Shown: positions 13,195 to 25,900, counted from the stretch's first letter. The stretch: DNA of 64,000 nt from Takakia lepidozioides (GCA_030704615.1 CM060731.1:74958001-75022000), one strand, 5' to 3'. Numbers and translations are program-made. Notes: a model not told the origin generated them from the sequence alone.

Positions 13195-13330
13195 GCCCTA
13201 GTTTTAACGACGACTGAAGGTCGGAGACTAGTTTAGCGTAGAGCGGGAATAGGGTGCCATGTTGCCACATCATCGTCATCAGCCACGTCATCGTCGTCAT
13301 CTTTGTGTGTCGGTTGTAACGGAACGTCGC
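13195..13330 (-). mobile_element. Helitron/Helentron-like terminal hairpin repeat, homologous to 51170-51267
   Basis: Shared ATGGCACCCTATTCC.GCTCTACGCTAAACTAG..CGACCTTCrGTCG hairpin. Confidence 0.5.
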
Positions 13331-13709
13331 AGAGACGGAAACACAATTGCAGAGGGAAAATATGCACGAGACATACGTATGCTTCAAAACCTTGCGCTTA
13401 GCCTCTACCATGGACCTCATCTTCTCATACACACTGAACTGCACCCACCAAGACATCCCATTAAGCTTTCTGTCTGGCTTCTTTCTTTTGCTCACCATGA
13501 TTTTCTAAAAGTTTTTCTTGTCTCACTAAGTATCCTTGTTTTACATTAGGATACTCCAACCACGCTGAAACACAGATAAAAGAAGAATACACATCAACAA
13601 AGAGTGAAACTCTTACACTAGTTCAGCTCCTGTTGTTCCCACCTCCATCACCAAAATTTGGGCAACTGCACAGATTTCATCATTTCAAACTGGGTGAGTG
13701 TATGTGTCA

Positions 13710-13875
13710 GAGGCAAGAAGGAAAGATTCCCATCATCATAGTTCCCTTGCGAAGATTTTGGGTGTTATTACGGCTGTTGTTACAGCTGTGGTTGCAATTA
13801 TTGCCATCCTATGCTTGCTGGCTTGTTGGAAGCGGAAGAGATCTCCGATGTCTTTCTCTCATGATCATGCATTAG
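13710..13875 (+). pseudogene. Orphan receptor-like kinase transmembrane exon
   Basis: LAKILGVITAVVTAVVAIIAILCLLAC followed by the WKRKR stop-transfer signal and an AG|GT donor. Confidence 0.5.
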
Positions 13876-14099
13876 GTACTACACTTTTTCACAGTCATAG
13901 ATGTGGTTCCAACCTGCTGATAATTCTAGCCTGACAATGAATTAGCCCTAAGCCTAATTGACTGTCACTAAGCACCATGCAGCAAACCCTGTGTCAATGT
14001 ATTCATGGGATGGCAAACTGTGTCACACTTGATTCGCATCGTAAATACCTGGATATCCTTAAATACGGAGCTCAGTCTATTTGTTATCCTAAAGCTTAC

Positions 14100-14440
14100 A
14101 TACTCTCATTTCTATTCTATGATTGGGCGTTGCCCCTATGATTCTCCACAAACTTTTCCCCTGTGTTTCTGTATCCAAGGCCAACACAATTGTAAGCCCT
14201 TCCCCAAGGATGATGCCAATCGTGCTACTAAGATTCTAGATTTGGTTCACTTATTTCATTAGGAAGTAATTAGTACTAGCATTCTCTATGCTCTATGGGT
14301 TGAGGCTGTGGACACTGTAGCCTATATAAATAATCGGTCCCGTACCACAGCAGTGGAGGGAAAAACACAAGAAGAGGTGTGGTCAGGGCATAAGCCCTCT
14401 TGTGGCGCAACCTAAGAGTATTTGGACGTTGCATTGCCTA
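14100..14440 (+). mobile_element. Copia integrase fragments
   Basis: CIQG..FPK..RATKILDLVH, then LWVEAVDTVAYINNR..EEVWSG.KP. Confidence 0.75.
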
Positions 14441-14459
14441 CATGCATATGTATAGAATA

Positions 14460-15300
14460 ATAGAAATTTTTGGTTAAGATTTAATTTTAGGACTATTTAG
14501 TGCATTTCCTACTCGATATACTTTGTGATACTATCGATATGGATTCGATATAGTAACATTGCTCGATATTTTATGATGATTGATAGTCTGACTTTAATCG
14601 ATAATGAAGGAAATAGATGAATGACTATTTTGGATGGATAGAAGAGGTTGAGCAGTTATAGAAGTTGTTGGAACAACTCTGCTATTTATTTCGTTCATGT
14701 GAATCAGATGGTGTCAAATGAGCCGGAGAGCCGTGACCAAAGTAGAGAGTGTTTGTGTGTAGGAGCTATAGCCTTTAGGAGATAGAATCTTATATCAATG
14801 GTAGTGTAGATCTGCAATATTGTTCTTATTATTGTTGGGCGAAGTAAAGGAGAGAAATCAATTGAGTATTTACTGTGTGTGTAAGCACCAGACTGATGAA
14901 ATGATTTGTAACTGATGAATTGAATGTTGATCTTCTGTATGAGATGGTGAGAATGTGCACTATTGAAGGAGATAAGAATTATGCGGATGAATTAATCCCT
15001 AGGTTACCAAGAGACGTATCAATTTTGATATTTAAGAGTCTATCGATGCAAAATTAATAAGAATAGAGAGTGTAAGTAAAGCATGGCAAAAAGAATTGTT
15101 CTACATAAACATCGTCATTTGGGGCATAGGTGGATCAATATGTGGTGCTGTCCTTTAGATGGATATCCAGAATATATGAAGGAACGGATTAAGGACCTTA
15201 GGATAGAGAGTCTTCGATTGAATTAATTGGGTGAGAATAATAATGAAGTAAAATCATTTGTATGGCAGAGACAAATGATGAGGGGATAAAAGGATAAGGC
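14460..15300 (+). mobile_element. LTR-like fragment with an F-box-like motif
   Basis: 14953-15105 translates MCTIEGDKNYADELIPRLPRDVSILIFKSL (frameshift) LIRIESVSKAWQKEL. Confidence 0.5.
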
Positions 15301-15837
15301 CTGATTGATCTCCGCAGAATTTTTCCTTGGCAATGTCCATAAATCTGTCAAGACAGACATTGTCATTCACCTCATTGACCCAACCTGCAACAAGATTATA
15401 TACAGATGTGGCGTTCCATTATCAAGTGAGTCGCACCACAAAACTGCCAACATGCTTCAAAGACAGAATCAATTCTAGGAAAGCAGACGACATCCACAGT
15501 GTTTGCAGTAGCTTCCGATCAAATGGAGAGAACTTCAAAGATGATGGTCGTTATTTGGTTTCGAATGTTTTCAGGTGTCTGTTCTCTGCGCTATCAAAGT
15601 ATGCTTTTGCTCCACTTATCATCTTTGGCAAGTGAATTGGTCATTGGCTTGGAACATACCAGCAGTCGCAGATACAAATATCCGCTATCAATAACTAGGT
15701 AAGGATTAGAACAACATAATTACAGACACGTGACAACTCCTGGACTTGCCCTCAAGCTACTAAGATCATGCAGAAGATGAAAATCACAACCACCATTTAA
15801 TTAAACCCATGTTGATGAGCGACAAAAACCATGTGGG

Positions 15838-16450
15838 ATGGAAATAGTGCTCTTACGGACAAGAGACAAAGCAAAAATCATGACTGCCGAGACAGAATAC
15901 GCAGATATGCGTCAAGAAACATATTGGCACGAATATCTTCTATTGACAACGTACGGCGAGCAAATCCTGTTAGATGATAATGGATGGTTGTGTGACCAAC
16001 ATTTGGTGGCCGAGATGCAAATACTATTTGATCAAGAACTGGGAAATCAAAACTACCAGCAACATGCATATTCAACTCTACTGGGCAGAACAAAATACTC
16101 CAAAAAATGTTTGCCGCACGTGTTCGTCAACAACAATCGGTGGATTTTAACCATGATAAACCCGAACAGAATGAATTATCAATGTACAGTGTTTGATTCC
16201 AACATGCCCGCATGTAAAAAACTATCGAGCGATATAGAACAATATCTCACAAAATTAATCCCCGTACCACAATTCAATTACCTCTATGCTGATGTCATGC
16301 AACAATGTGACAGTTCATCGTGTGGCGTATTTGTGATAGCTTATGCCACAGATATATCATTCGGATTAAATCCCACAAATTCCTGATACGCATCATCCGC
16401 CATGAGAACCCATTTGAGAGATTGCATAAACGATCAAAGAATGGAACCAT
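15838..16450 (+). pseudogene. Ulp1/C48-like cysteine protease, TE-borne
   Basis: WLCDQH, NNRWILT, VFDS, QQCDSSSCGVFVIAYA; the expected catalytic His reads as Arg; frameshift at the end. Confidence 0.8.
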
Positions 16451-16559
16451 TTCCAAAACAACATGATTCATAATACGAAGACATGACATGATAGCTTCGG
16501 CAACAGTCTGCCATTTTTCTTGCAAAAAATTATGAAATACGAGTTGTATGTAAGACCAT

Positions 16560-16834
16560 GGGGATGACCCACCTTTTTTTGTGAGAATTGAACATAGTTA
16601 TATGTCGGCAATAGTATTGGGAGTGCCCTGTGTGCGTGGGTATTTGTTGTTTTCTTTTCGGCTCAGTGTCGGGGTGCTATTGAGGGTTTGGGTTCCTCAG
16701 CCCATAACAAATCGATGGGGCATCTTCTTTTATAATATATATTTGTTGGATCATATTTCGGGAAGGGTAATGTTATCTTTTATGATGAAAGCCTCGTTGG
16801 GGAGTCAACCAAAATATGATATGATATGATATGA
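16560..16834 (+). mobile_element. Probable LINE 3' UTR with (ATATG)n tail
   Basis: Ends in ATATGATATGATATGATATGA; 5' boundary approximate. Confidence 0.4.
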
Positions 16835-16860
16835 AGCTCTTCTCTGCACTCTTCTCTGTT

Positions 16861-17488
16861 CTGGTCTAACTGCGACAGAAAATTGGTCGGAATTACAAAG
16901 AATGTATCAGAATAAGGACATGATGAATAAGACATATTTAAGAAAGAAATATGCTAATTTTCTCATGTAAGAAGATGATGATTTGACAAAACATCTTCAC
17001 GAGTTTAAAATGATTTTAGAACAACTATCATCAGTCGGGGTAAATTATACTGATGAAGATAAAGTTGAAACATTTCTTGGAAGTCTCCCTGATACATCAT
17101 GAAAGGTTAGACCTCTAGTGTTCTCAAGTGTCATTATTACTGGATCATATGAATCAGTGAGACTTCCAAGAAGTGTTTCAATATATATATATACGACGCC
17201 AACCGAAGCTAGCGTAAATAAGAGCCTCTTCCCCTTGCGGGTACTGCCCCCTTTTAGGGGTGGGCTCTATCCGAAGTGTTTCAACTTTATCTTCATCAGT
17301 ATAATTTATCCCGACTAATGATAGTTGTTCTAAAAGCATTTTAAACTCATGAAGATGTTTTGTCAAATCATCATCTTCTTACATGAGAAAATTAACATAT
17401 TTCTTTCTTAAATATATCTTATTCATCATGTCCTTATTCTGATACATTCTTTGTAATTCCGACCAATTTTCTGTCGCAGTTAGACCAG
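16861..17488. repeat. Inverted duplication of Copia gag (arms 16861-17095 and about 17152-17488)
   Basis: Arms are reverse complements over about 235 bp and share the same stop codon (ATG-TAA-GAA). Confidence 0.92.
17182..17272 (-). mobile_element. Extremely 5'-truncated LINE copy (3' UTR plus (TA)n tail) with 12-bp TSD
   Basis: TSD GAAGTGTTTCAA at 17170-17181 and 17273-17284; insert matches 57578-57665. Confidence 0.92.
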
Positions 17489-18156
17489 ATGTAGCATGAC
17501 CTAGACAGGAATTCATAACATTGTCCATTATAAGCATCTGGGCAGTTCTATCCTTATCCTCCCAATTAGCAATTGAACCTAGTCCTGTTGCTGGTGGATT
17601 TGTTACTGTTCCTCCAAGGGATGTCATACTGGCTGGTTTAACTTCAGTACCAATTACTAAATCCCATAAGTTATTTCTTTTGAGAAGATACGACATCCGT
17701 ATTTTCCATGTGGAAAAATTGGGACCCTCTAACTTCTCTATATTTTTTGTTAAATCTGTTGCCATTGCAACAAAAATGACGTAAGAACTAATCGAGGATA
17801 ATCTTGGACTTCCTGAAATCTGCCTTGTTCATTTTATATTTCCTTGAGTTTCTATGGTCTCTATTACATAGATCCATTCTATTGAAATCCTGACAACTCG
17901 TGTCTATTTTGATACCCTACGCTATGATACCATGATAGAAATATCAAGACAACCCATAAAGTGAAAGAGACATAGAATAAAATACTATAAATATATTACA
18001 TTGAACTCTCCTCCCAGCCACAGAAGGCACAGTAATCTCTGTGCGAGCTCAACGCGTTACATTGTGTTCAGGTGGAGTAACTGTCATAACTCACACCTCA
18101 CTAATTATCTATATTAGACTTACTAATCTACATGGATTAACTAATCCTTCTTTAAC
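17285..18156 (-). mobile_element. Copia 5' LTR (about 17933-18156), Met-PBS and gag
   Basis: Minus strand TGTTAA..TATCA-TGGTATCATAGC; ORF 17379..17765 has IEKLEGPNFSTWKIRM..LWDLVIG. Confidence 0.85.
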
Positions 18157-18203
18157 ACTCACTAACTGAGTCTTTGTCTATGCAATTGTGGTCTTATATG
18201 TAG

Positions 18204-18348
18204 GCCAGCTGAAGGGAAGAAGAGCAGCACGTGGCGCATACTTTCGTTCAGAGAGCTACACACAGCCATAAACAACTTCAACTACAACAAGCTGGGGGAA
18301 GGAGGCTTCGGGAGTGTATATTGGGGCCAGCTTGCTAACGGAGATCAA
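18204..18348 (+). pseudogene. Orphan receptor-like cytoplasmic kinase exon (subdomain I; PTI1-like At3g15890 type)
   Basis: AG/GT-bounded exon translating STWRILSFRELHTAINNFNYNKLGEGGFGSVYWGQLANGDQ; no further kinase exons seen downstream. Confidence 0.75.
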
Positions 18349-19399
18349 GTACGTGCTCAATTCACCACACTTGTACCTCATCCAAGTTGAATTAGATGGT
18401 GGCTGATTGCTCACACTCACTTTGGTTTGGATCGTTTTCTCTTGTGGAGGAAAAGAGCTACTCTTTGTTGAGACGATGGTCTCAAAAGAGTTGCTCTTGG
18501 TTGCTGAACTTGGTCGTTTCTGTGCATGCAGTTCAGTGGCTGGCCCTTCTCTGCAGCTTCTTAGAATATCTGGATTGAATTTTCTCCTTGACAATCTCCC
18601 CACTTAGAAGGCTCTAACTGACAATCATTCATACAGTCTTTGACAACATGTTTTGCATGTTCTTGCTTCGTTCTGTTTTTGTTTGAAGTCACTTTCACGG
18701 CTCCTTTGCAGATCTTGCATGCCTGGCTTGCAGTATGAAAGTCCTAAGCACTGTGAGTCGATTCCCAGAGTCTTAGGCTCATCGTTATTTGACCTTCAGG
18801 CTGGCTGATGGCCCTAAGGTCAGGCTTGAAAGACCAGACAGAGAAGCCACAAGCATAGACATGTTAAATTTCAAGAGATTAGCCTCTAAATAATTACGTT
18901 GTTCCAAACCCTACCTAGTTATTTGATAGCGGGTATTTGTATGAGACTGTATATACCGAGCCAATGACCAGCTCACTTGCACATCGGCTTGCACATTGGC
19001 CACCTACATGACACTCATGTTATTCCAAAGTTGTTTGGATCGCAGTATATATTCATACAACCATGTCAACATTGGAAATTGACACCAAAGATACTATAAC
19101 TTGTAAGTGAAGAAATTCAAGAAATTACCCATCAAGACATAACGGATGCAATATATGACAGTTATACATCGAATGATCAACATGCCCTAAAGTTTGGCAA
19201 CACATGGAAACGCTTGCCGTACAATTTTAACTTCCATAGCACCCTATGGAATGTCCCTTCAGAGGAGGAGGAAGCAGTAATTTTTGTAGGCATTTTGAAA
19301 TTCCCCTACCTTGGCAAAACCGGAAATTACAAATCAGAAATTACAAATGTGTCACCTTCGCAGAAGAACTCCAAAATGCGAAATTTTCAATATTGCTCG

Positions 19400-22245
19400 A
19401 TAAGAAAAATAAGAAAAATAAGGCATTGATGGTCTGTGGACCTTCATCAGTGATTGAACCAGGATCAATCAAAGAAGGCTTTACTGGATCTCAAGCCGCT
19501 GAGTGGAGAGCAGCTGTTGATGCAGAGCAATCCATCTTGGCAAATCAAACATGGATGATAACAGACTGAAAAAAGCCAATAGAAAGTCAGTTGGCTGTAA
19601 GTGGCTGTTTAAAGGAAAGCAGATGGCACTGTAGAAAGATTTAAAGCGAGATTGGTTGCCAAGGGCTATTCTCAGGTGGAGGGAATAGATTATGCTGACA
19701 CCTTCTCTCCAGTAGTAAAAATTTCTTCCATACGAGTCATATTGGCCTTCGCAGCTCAACATGATCTACAAGTGCATATCAACTATATGTCAAGACGGCA
19801 TTTCTCAATGGTTTTTTGGAAGAAGAGATTTACATGCAAATACCAGAAGGAGTACATATTTCCCACGAACTAGGTCAAGTATGCAAACTACACAAGACAT
19901 TGTATGGTCTTGAAACAATCATCTCGAGCCTGGTATCAACGATTCGACACTTGTCTACTTTCAGTTGGATTTGAAAGGACCAGTGCTGATTCTACCGTCT
20001 ACAAGAGATTTATATAGATATGTAATCCTAGCACTTTATGTAGACGAAGCCATCTTAGCTGCTAATGATCTTAATTTACTTGAACAGATTAAAATGACTT
20101 TAAAGGCGAGTTTCAGATGTCAGATTTTGGGAGTATACACTTTTGCCTGGGCATACAGATTCCTTAGTTTTGCCCAAATTTCTTGAGATGTTTTAAGAGA
20201 TTGAATCAACTGAATCTGACGATCTCCACAATGGAGAATAAAGTCAGAGCGCGCCTTTAAGTCCTTGGACTTCCAGGCAGCTAGAGCTACTGGATCAGCA
20301 GCTTCGGGGTTAGGGTCACTATCATCGACCGCCTCCCAAAGATCAGATCGACTTAAAAAGCATCTTAATTTTTATGGACTAAATAGAAAAATTGGTACTA
20401 TTAAGCCTATCAATCTGATCCTTGCTGCACGAAGAGCGGAGGCCGTCATGTTGGTATGTCTTGAATCCTTGGATCAGATCTTGCCTATGGCAAAGCGTTG
20501 GCTCTTTGCCCTTCTTGACAGCAAATCGGCTATAGATTGATAGGCTTTCATGTATCAGAAACGCTTGGATACCATGTGAGTCACCTAAAAGACTCCTACA
20601 TCTCAAGATGATGTGAAAGAGAGATGAGCACAATTAAATTGATTTAGTTGTCTTTCCTCTGAAATCGGATAAAGAGACAGTTCTGTCCGTTCACAGATGT
20701 ATCATAATCAAGATGTTAAATTAACATCCAGCAACGTTGAATTCACTTCATTAATGCAAAATGGAACTTGGACTCTTACTGACTTGCCAGCAGGACGTCA
20801 AACATGTTGGTTGCAATGGATCTTCAAGATTGAGCTTAAGTCTGATGGGAGTGTTGATAGGTACAAAGCGCAGCTGGTGGCTAACGGCTACTCACAGGTG
20901 CAAGTTGTTGACTACCACACTTTTTCACCTGTCGTAAAAATCACCTCTATACGAGTGTTAATGGCTTTGGCTGCGATATATGACTTCTCTGTCCTCCAGA
21001 TGGATGTGAAGACCTGGCTATCTCCAAGAGACTATTTATATGAACCAGTCTCACGGGTTTATAAAATCAGGGACTGAACACAAAGTTTGTAAGTTACACA
21101 AGACACTTTACGGACTTAAACAATCGCTGAGAGCATGGTATGAAAGAATAGATTCTTTTCTTCTAACGACTGGTTTTATTGAAAGAGTGTTGCAGACACT
21201 AATGTGTATATCCTGACACATGTGGTGATATTGGCTTCATATGTGGACGACGCTCTGTTAGTGAGCAATGACACTTGCGGATTACTTGAGGAGTTTAAGA
21301 ACCAGTTGTCTAAGGAGTTTGCCATGATGGATTTGGGTTCTATACTGCCTTGGGATTCAGACTCGATTCAGATGAATAGAGAAAGATTGAATCCCACAAT
21401 CTACATGCACCAAACGAAGTACATTGAAACGATAAGTTGGAGATGAGTAAAGCGGTTTTAACTCCACTTGAAGCTCACAAAGGAGCAGTCTCCAAAAACT
21501 GAAGAAGTGTCTTTAGAAAGAAGATACGACGAAGGTTCAGTATCAAAGTGCCATCGGTAGCTAGCTTAATGTATTGCATGATTTGTACTAGACCTGATAT
21601 TGCATATTCAGTGCCCATTCAGTGGGAGTAGTATCACGGTTTCTTTCAAATCCTGGTGAGGCTCACTGGAAAGCTGTAAAAAGGATCTTCAGATATCTTA
21701 GAGGCACATCAATGATGGGGTTACTCCATAAAGAACGTAGGCTTTACAAATGCTGATTGGGCAGGGGACTTCGACAATAGAAGATCAACAGGTCTCTGGT
21801 CATTGTTTCACTCTTGCAAGTGGAGCTGTGTCTTGGTCAAGCAAAAGACAAACTTCAACAGCGCTCTCATCTATGGAAGCAGAGTCACTCAAGCAGCTAA
21901 AGAAGCCGTGTGAAAATACTTGCGATTTGGGCTATGTGCAGTCAGTTGCAACAACTTTGTACTGCGATAATCAAAGTGCCATTGCGCTAAGTCAAAACCC
22001 CAAGTACCACTCAAGGACCAAGCACATAGAGGTGCAATATCATTATATACTAGAAATAGTGGCCAAAGGAGAAGTGAACGTGGTTTATTGTGCCACAGAT
22101 GACATGATTGCAAATATCATAACACACAGTTTGCCAAAACTCAAGCACGAGAAGTTTACTGCAAGGCCGGTGGACAGCTCAAATCATAGTTCAAGAACTT
22201 GTAAGGAAACACTACAGGCTGATGAAAGACCTCACTAAGTGGGAG
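19400..22245 (+). mobile_element. Two Copia RT segments plus RNase H, interrupted by an inverted gag piece (about 20190-20370)
   Basis: [28 protein letters not shown] and YVDD, VSWSSKRQ, LYCDNQSAI, HSRTKHIEVQYH; PPT AAGTGGGAG before 22246. Confidence 0.92.
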
Positions 22246-22500
22246 TGTAGAAAAAATAGTTAGTCTATAATCAGCTTAGATGGTACTGTTAGTTAGTAGC
22301 ATACAAACAGTTTGTATCTCTGTAGGTCTTAGATCCTAAGAGATTAGGTCTGAACAGGTTGCTGAGATCTGAGAAAACATACTCTTGTGATGTAAAACTT
22401 TGAGCTCAGGGGTGAAGCCGATCATCGTGAGGCTTCTAAGGTTGGGAGGAGAGCTGTTGGTCTAATAAGATTCTCTTTGCTAAATCCAAATCCTATAACA
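22246..22500 (+). mobile_element. Copia 3' LTR
   Basis: TG start directly after the PPT; ends TAACA. Confidence 0.75.
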
Positions 22501-22950
22501 TACAGTGCACTTATCCAACTGAGCTACCAGCCGCAGGTTAGACTTAAGTTATAATGATTCAAGGATCAATCTCTGAAAACTATATGCAGCCATCTTCTAC
22601 ACATTACTGATTCTTGTTCTGGACAATGGCAACTAATTTCAACCTAGGATTGCAAGAATCAGAAGCGAAACGAATGCTTTCAAAGCCTCGTTCATACTCA
22701 CTGGACTTCCAAAAGTCGGAGGCAGGAAAAACACTCACTTGATTTTGACAATTAGACACTGGCAACGCAATAGATCCTCCAGGCGGCCCTACTTGCTAAA
22801 AATTATATAGCAATGTTCAAGACAAGGCAACAAGACTGAAAATTCCTGAGAATTCGTGTGAAATTAATGCTGAATACAGATCCTACACAGTGTGTGTGAC
22901 AAATGCGACTAACACTTGAGCATAGTTTGAGAAACACTACCAGTTGCACA

Positions 22951-25900
22951 CTAGAATCGCAATGCTCGAGCATGTCTAGGATCGAGAAGAGATTTGGAGC
23001 GAGGGCTGGGTGGAGGCGAGGCAATTGGTGAGGGAGAGCGACAGAGCACCAACTTCTGAATGGCAGAGCCAGAAATCTGCAGCATGTCCATGTCGCTATG
23101 CTGCCGGAAGATGTAGTCTGCGTTTTGCAAGTGCTGCAAAGCAATGCTCTTCTGCTGGCAGTAGAACAAAGCAAGGCCTAGTACAAAGCATGCTTGTGCC
23201 ACGCGGATATGCTTCATTCCTTCAGTCTCTGCTCTCCGACTACAAATCTCCTGCGAAACTCCCCACCGATGTTCTTGGTTTAAGGAGCGTGTAAGTGCAA
23301 CCTATGCGGTTTCAAGGTAATCTTTCCTCTTAAGGTAAGGAACCCGGTCTTAACCTTCTCGAGCTGAGACCGTCAGACGACAATATATCACTGCCAGAGC
23401 ATGTCAAGATTTCTATATTTTCAAAGACGACTTATAACGCACGTCTCAAGAAAGTACCGACGAGCCTTTGCATTTCAGTTGTAGACTTGCGAGCAGAGAC
23501 CTTCAGACTGGAGTGTCATAGCAAAACGACTTTCATGCACCAGTCGTATATGTGTGGGTGTGTGGGTGCCCGTATGTGTGTGTACTGCGTGTCTATGTGT
23601 GAGAGAGATATACTCATGTGGACTGCTTCATTCAAACCACATAGGTAGTACGGGTCCGACACCTGCAACATGTCACAAACTTCATTCATTTGTAGTCCCT
23701 GAATTGCTGTTTTGGAATCCAGCGGTTCTTTCTTGGAGCCTGAATGCTGGGGTTTTCCCCAAGCTGTCTTGCTGTTCCTCGGTACATCGAGCATCACCTC
23801 TTGGAGCGCGGCCAGCCATATCTCAATAATCAGGTCCCCACATGCCATGCTATGGCCTTTTTGTCCCTGCTCAGACAACCCCATGTGGCAATGGGCGAGA
23901 AATGTACCTCGTGGAAAACAGATCTGCAAACCATCTATGTCTGTCCATGTGCTCTAAAAGTTACGCTTTCGAATGGGTCTGAGGATCAGAACTATTTCTT
24001 TCTCTCGAAGATTAGTAGTTTTGGGTTGGGGGCCCACTTCTTCTTCCTTGTTTCATACTTTCGATTGTCCAGTGAGCCCGTTGGGCTTCAGTTTATGGCA
24101 TCTCACAGACGCAATAATGTGAATTCTGTGTGTATGGTGACGTCCCGGTTAGGTGCTGTTGGGGTCTGAGCAGAGATAGTTAGCTTAATTTTTCTTGCAA
24201 GAACCTTGGAATCAACAATTTGTAAAGTTCTTGCCATTTCATTTTAGGTGAGTAGTTCTTTGTTCTGTTTTTTCACCACACCACAATATTCTATGGTTCT
24301 GTTCTGTTCTGTTGTTCCTTGGTTCTTGCAGGTTTGTTTTATGGCCCCTCTTGACCATCTGTGGATGGTAAAAAGTTTTTCTGTCTGTCTGTCTTCTCCT
24401 TCTCTCTGTACACTTATCCAAGGATCGATAAAGGATAGGCTAGGAATTTTACCATGACACAGAAGACTTTGGAAAGGTTGTAAAATCCCAAGCTCGTCCG
24501 GATATCAAAAACTCCATACTCCTTTGACTTGTAGTAAATTTCCTCTGAAAATGCTCTCAAGGCGTGCTCTGGTTGTTTCTGTGGGCTACAGGGGAGGTTC
24601 ATGTTAGCTTCTGTGGATTTTTTTCAGTGGGTTCCTCACTTCTGTACTCACTTGGCCGGGCCACAGGGATTGCACCAGATTGGCTGGACAACTGGTAGGT
24701 TCAGACAAAAAAAATAGAGGTCACCCAAAACTGTTCATGTAAGAAGAGGCACCATTTGTGAAATTCCTGAACACAAGTGTCAAAGCATGTTGGCATGTTG
24801 GTAAACCTGAAGCACGAGGAGCAGTCCGAAAAGGCGACTAAGCTCTGCACGGATCAGATCTTTTTCTCCAGATTCGTCCTCAAGAAGTAGCCATGAACCC
24901 ACTCCAAGGAGATCTTCACTTTGCACAGGTCGACCCATTCCCAGAGTTACCTGCAAATTTGTCACTCACTCAGTACTGTAAGCTCGTTGAGCTATTTCGG
25001 AGCTCTTGAGAAGTCTTTGAGCTTCCCCTGGACGTTATCAAGTTTGTTTCTTTCAGCCATGATTATTTAAAGTAGAGGTAACGAGGAATGCTGTTACATA
25101 TTGTCTTTGGGTGCTGAATGCAAGAAAGCCTTAATCCAGATCAGATGTCACTGAAAGAGATCTAGAGAAATAGGATATCATCGTCGAAGCTGACTGGGAG
25201 AAACTTCACATGCTGAACAGCGAAGGTTTGCCATGGAAAGAAATGAAATGAAATGGTGCTTTATAACGTCCGCAGAAAGCTCATAGAGCTTATGGGACAA
25301 AATGGAAGAAAACATGAGAGAGGAACAAATCCAGAAACCACAATTAATGTTCTAGCGATTGTCTAAGGGTGAAGGCCTCGTGCAGGTAGGCTGCCAAGCA
25401 TTTTTGATCCTCATAGTGGAAGACATCAGTGAGAGTTTGGGTTCCACTGAATAAACAGTGGAATCTCCCACGGATCTCGTAGAAAGAAAGAACTTGAAAC
25501 TCTCCGGTGAAATTCTCAGAGAGCTTGAGGGATGAGAATGCGTAACAAACAAAGAAGTTGGAATTAGAATACTAGATTTGCTGCTCGTATTTGCAACCAG
25601 ACGCGTCTGGGTTGGTGAGTTCAAGCATTGTTGAAGGGAGAGATGGGCAGAGACAGAGAAGAGGGAACTCAATGACTCAAGACTACAACTACATACCTCG
25701 GCGGCAAGGAGGTAGATTGGGGCGAGCTTCCTAGGTTCTTTCAGGTAGTAGAGAGCCTGGCCCTTCACAAGGGCTCGCATCACAACCGGCAGCGCCTCAT
25801 CGAAGTGGCGTTCATTGATCAAGTCAATCACTTCCTTTATTACCAGCTTGAGCACTGCAGTTCTCACTTTTGGTATCATATCAAGCTGTCATCATTCATT

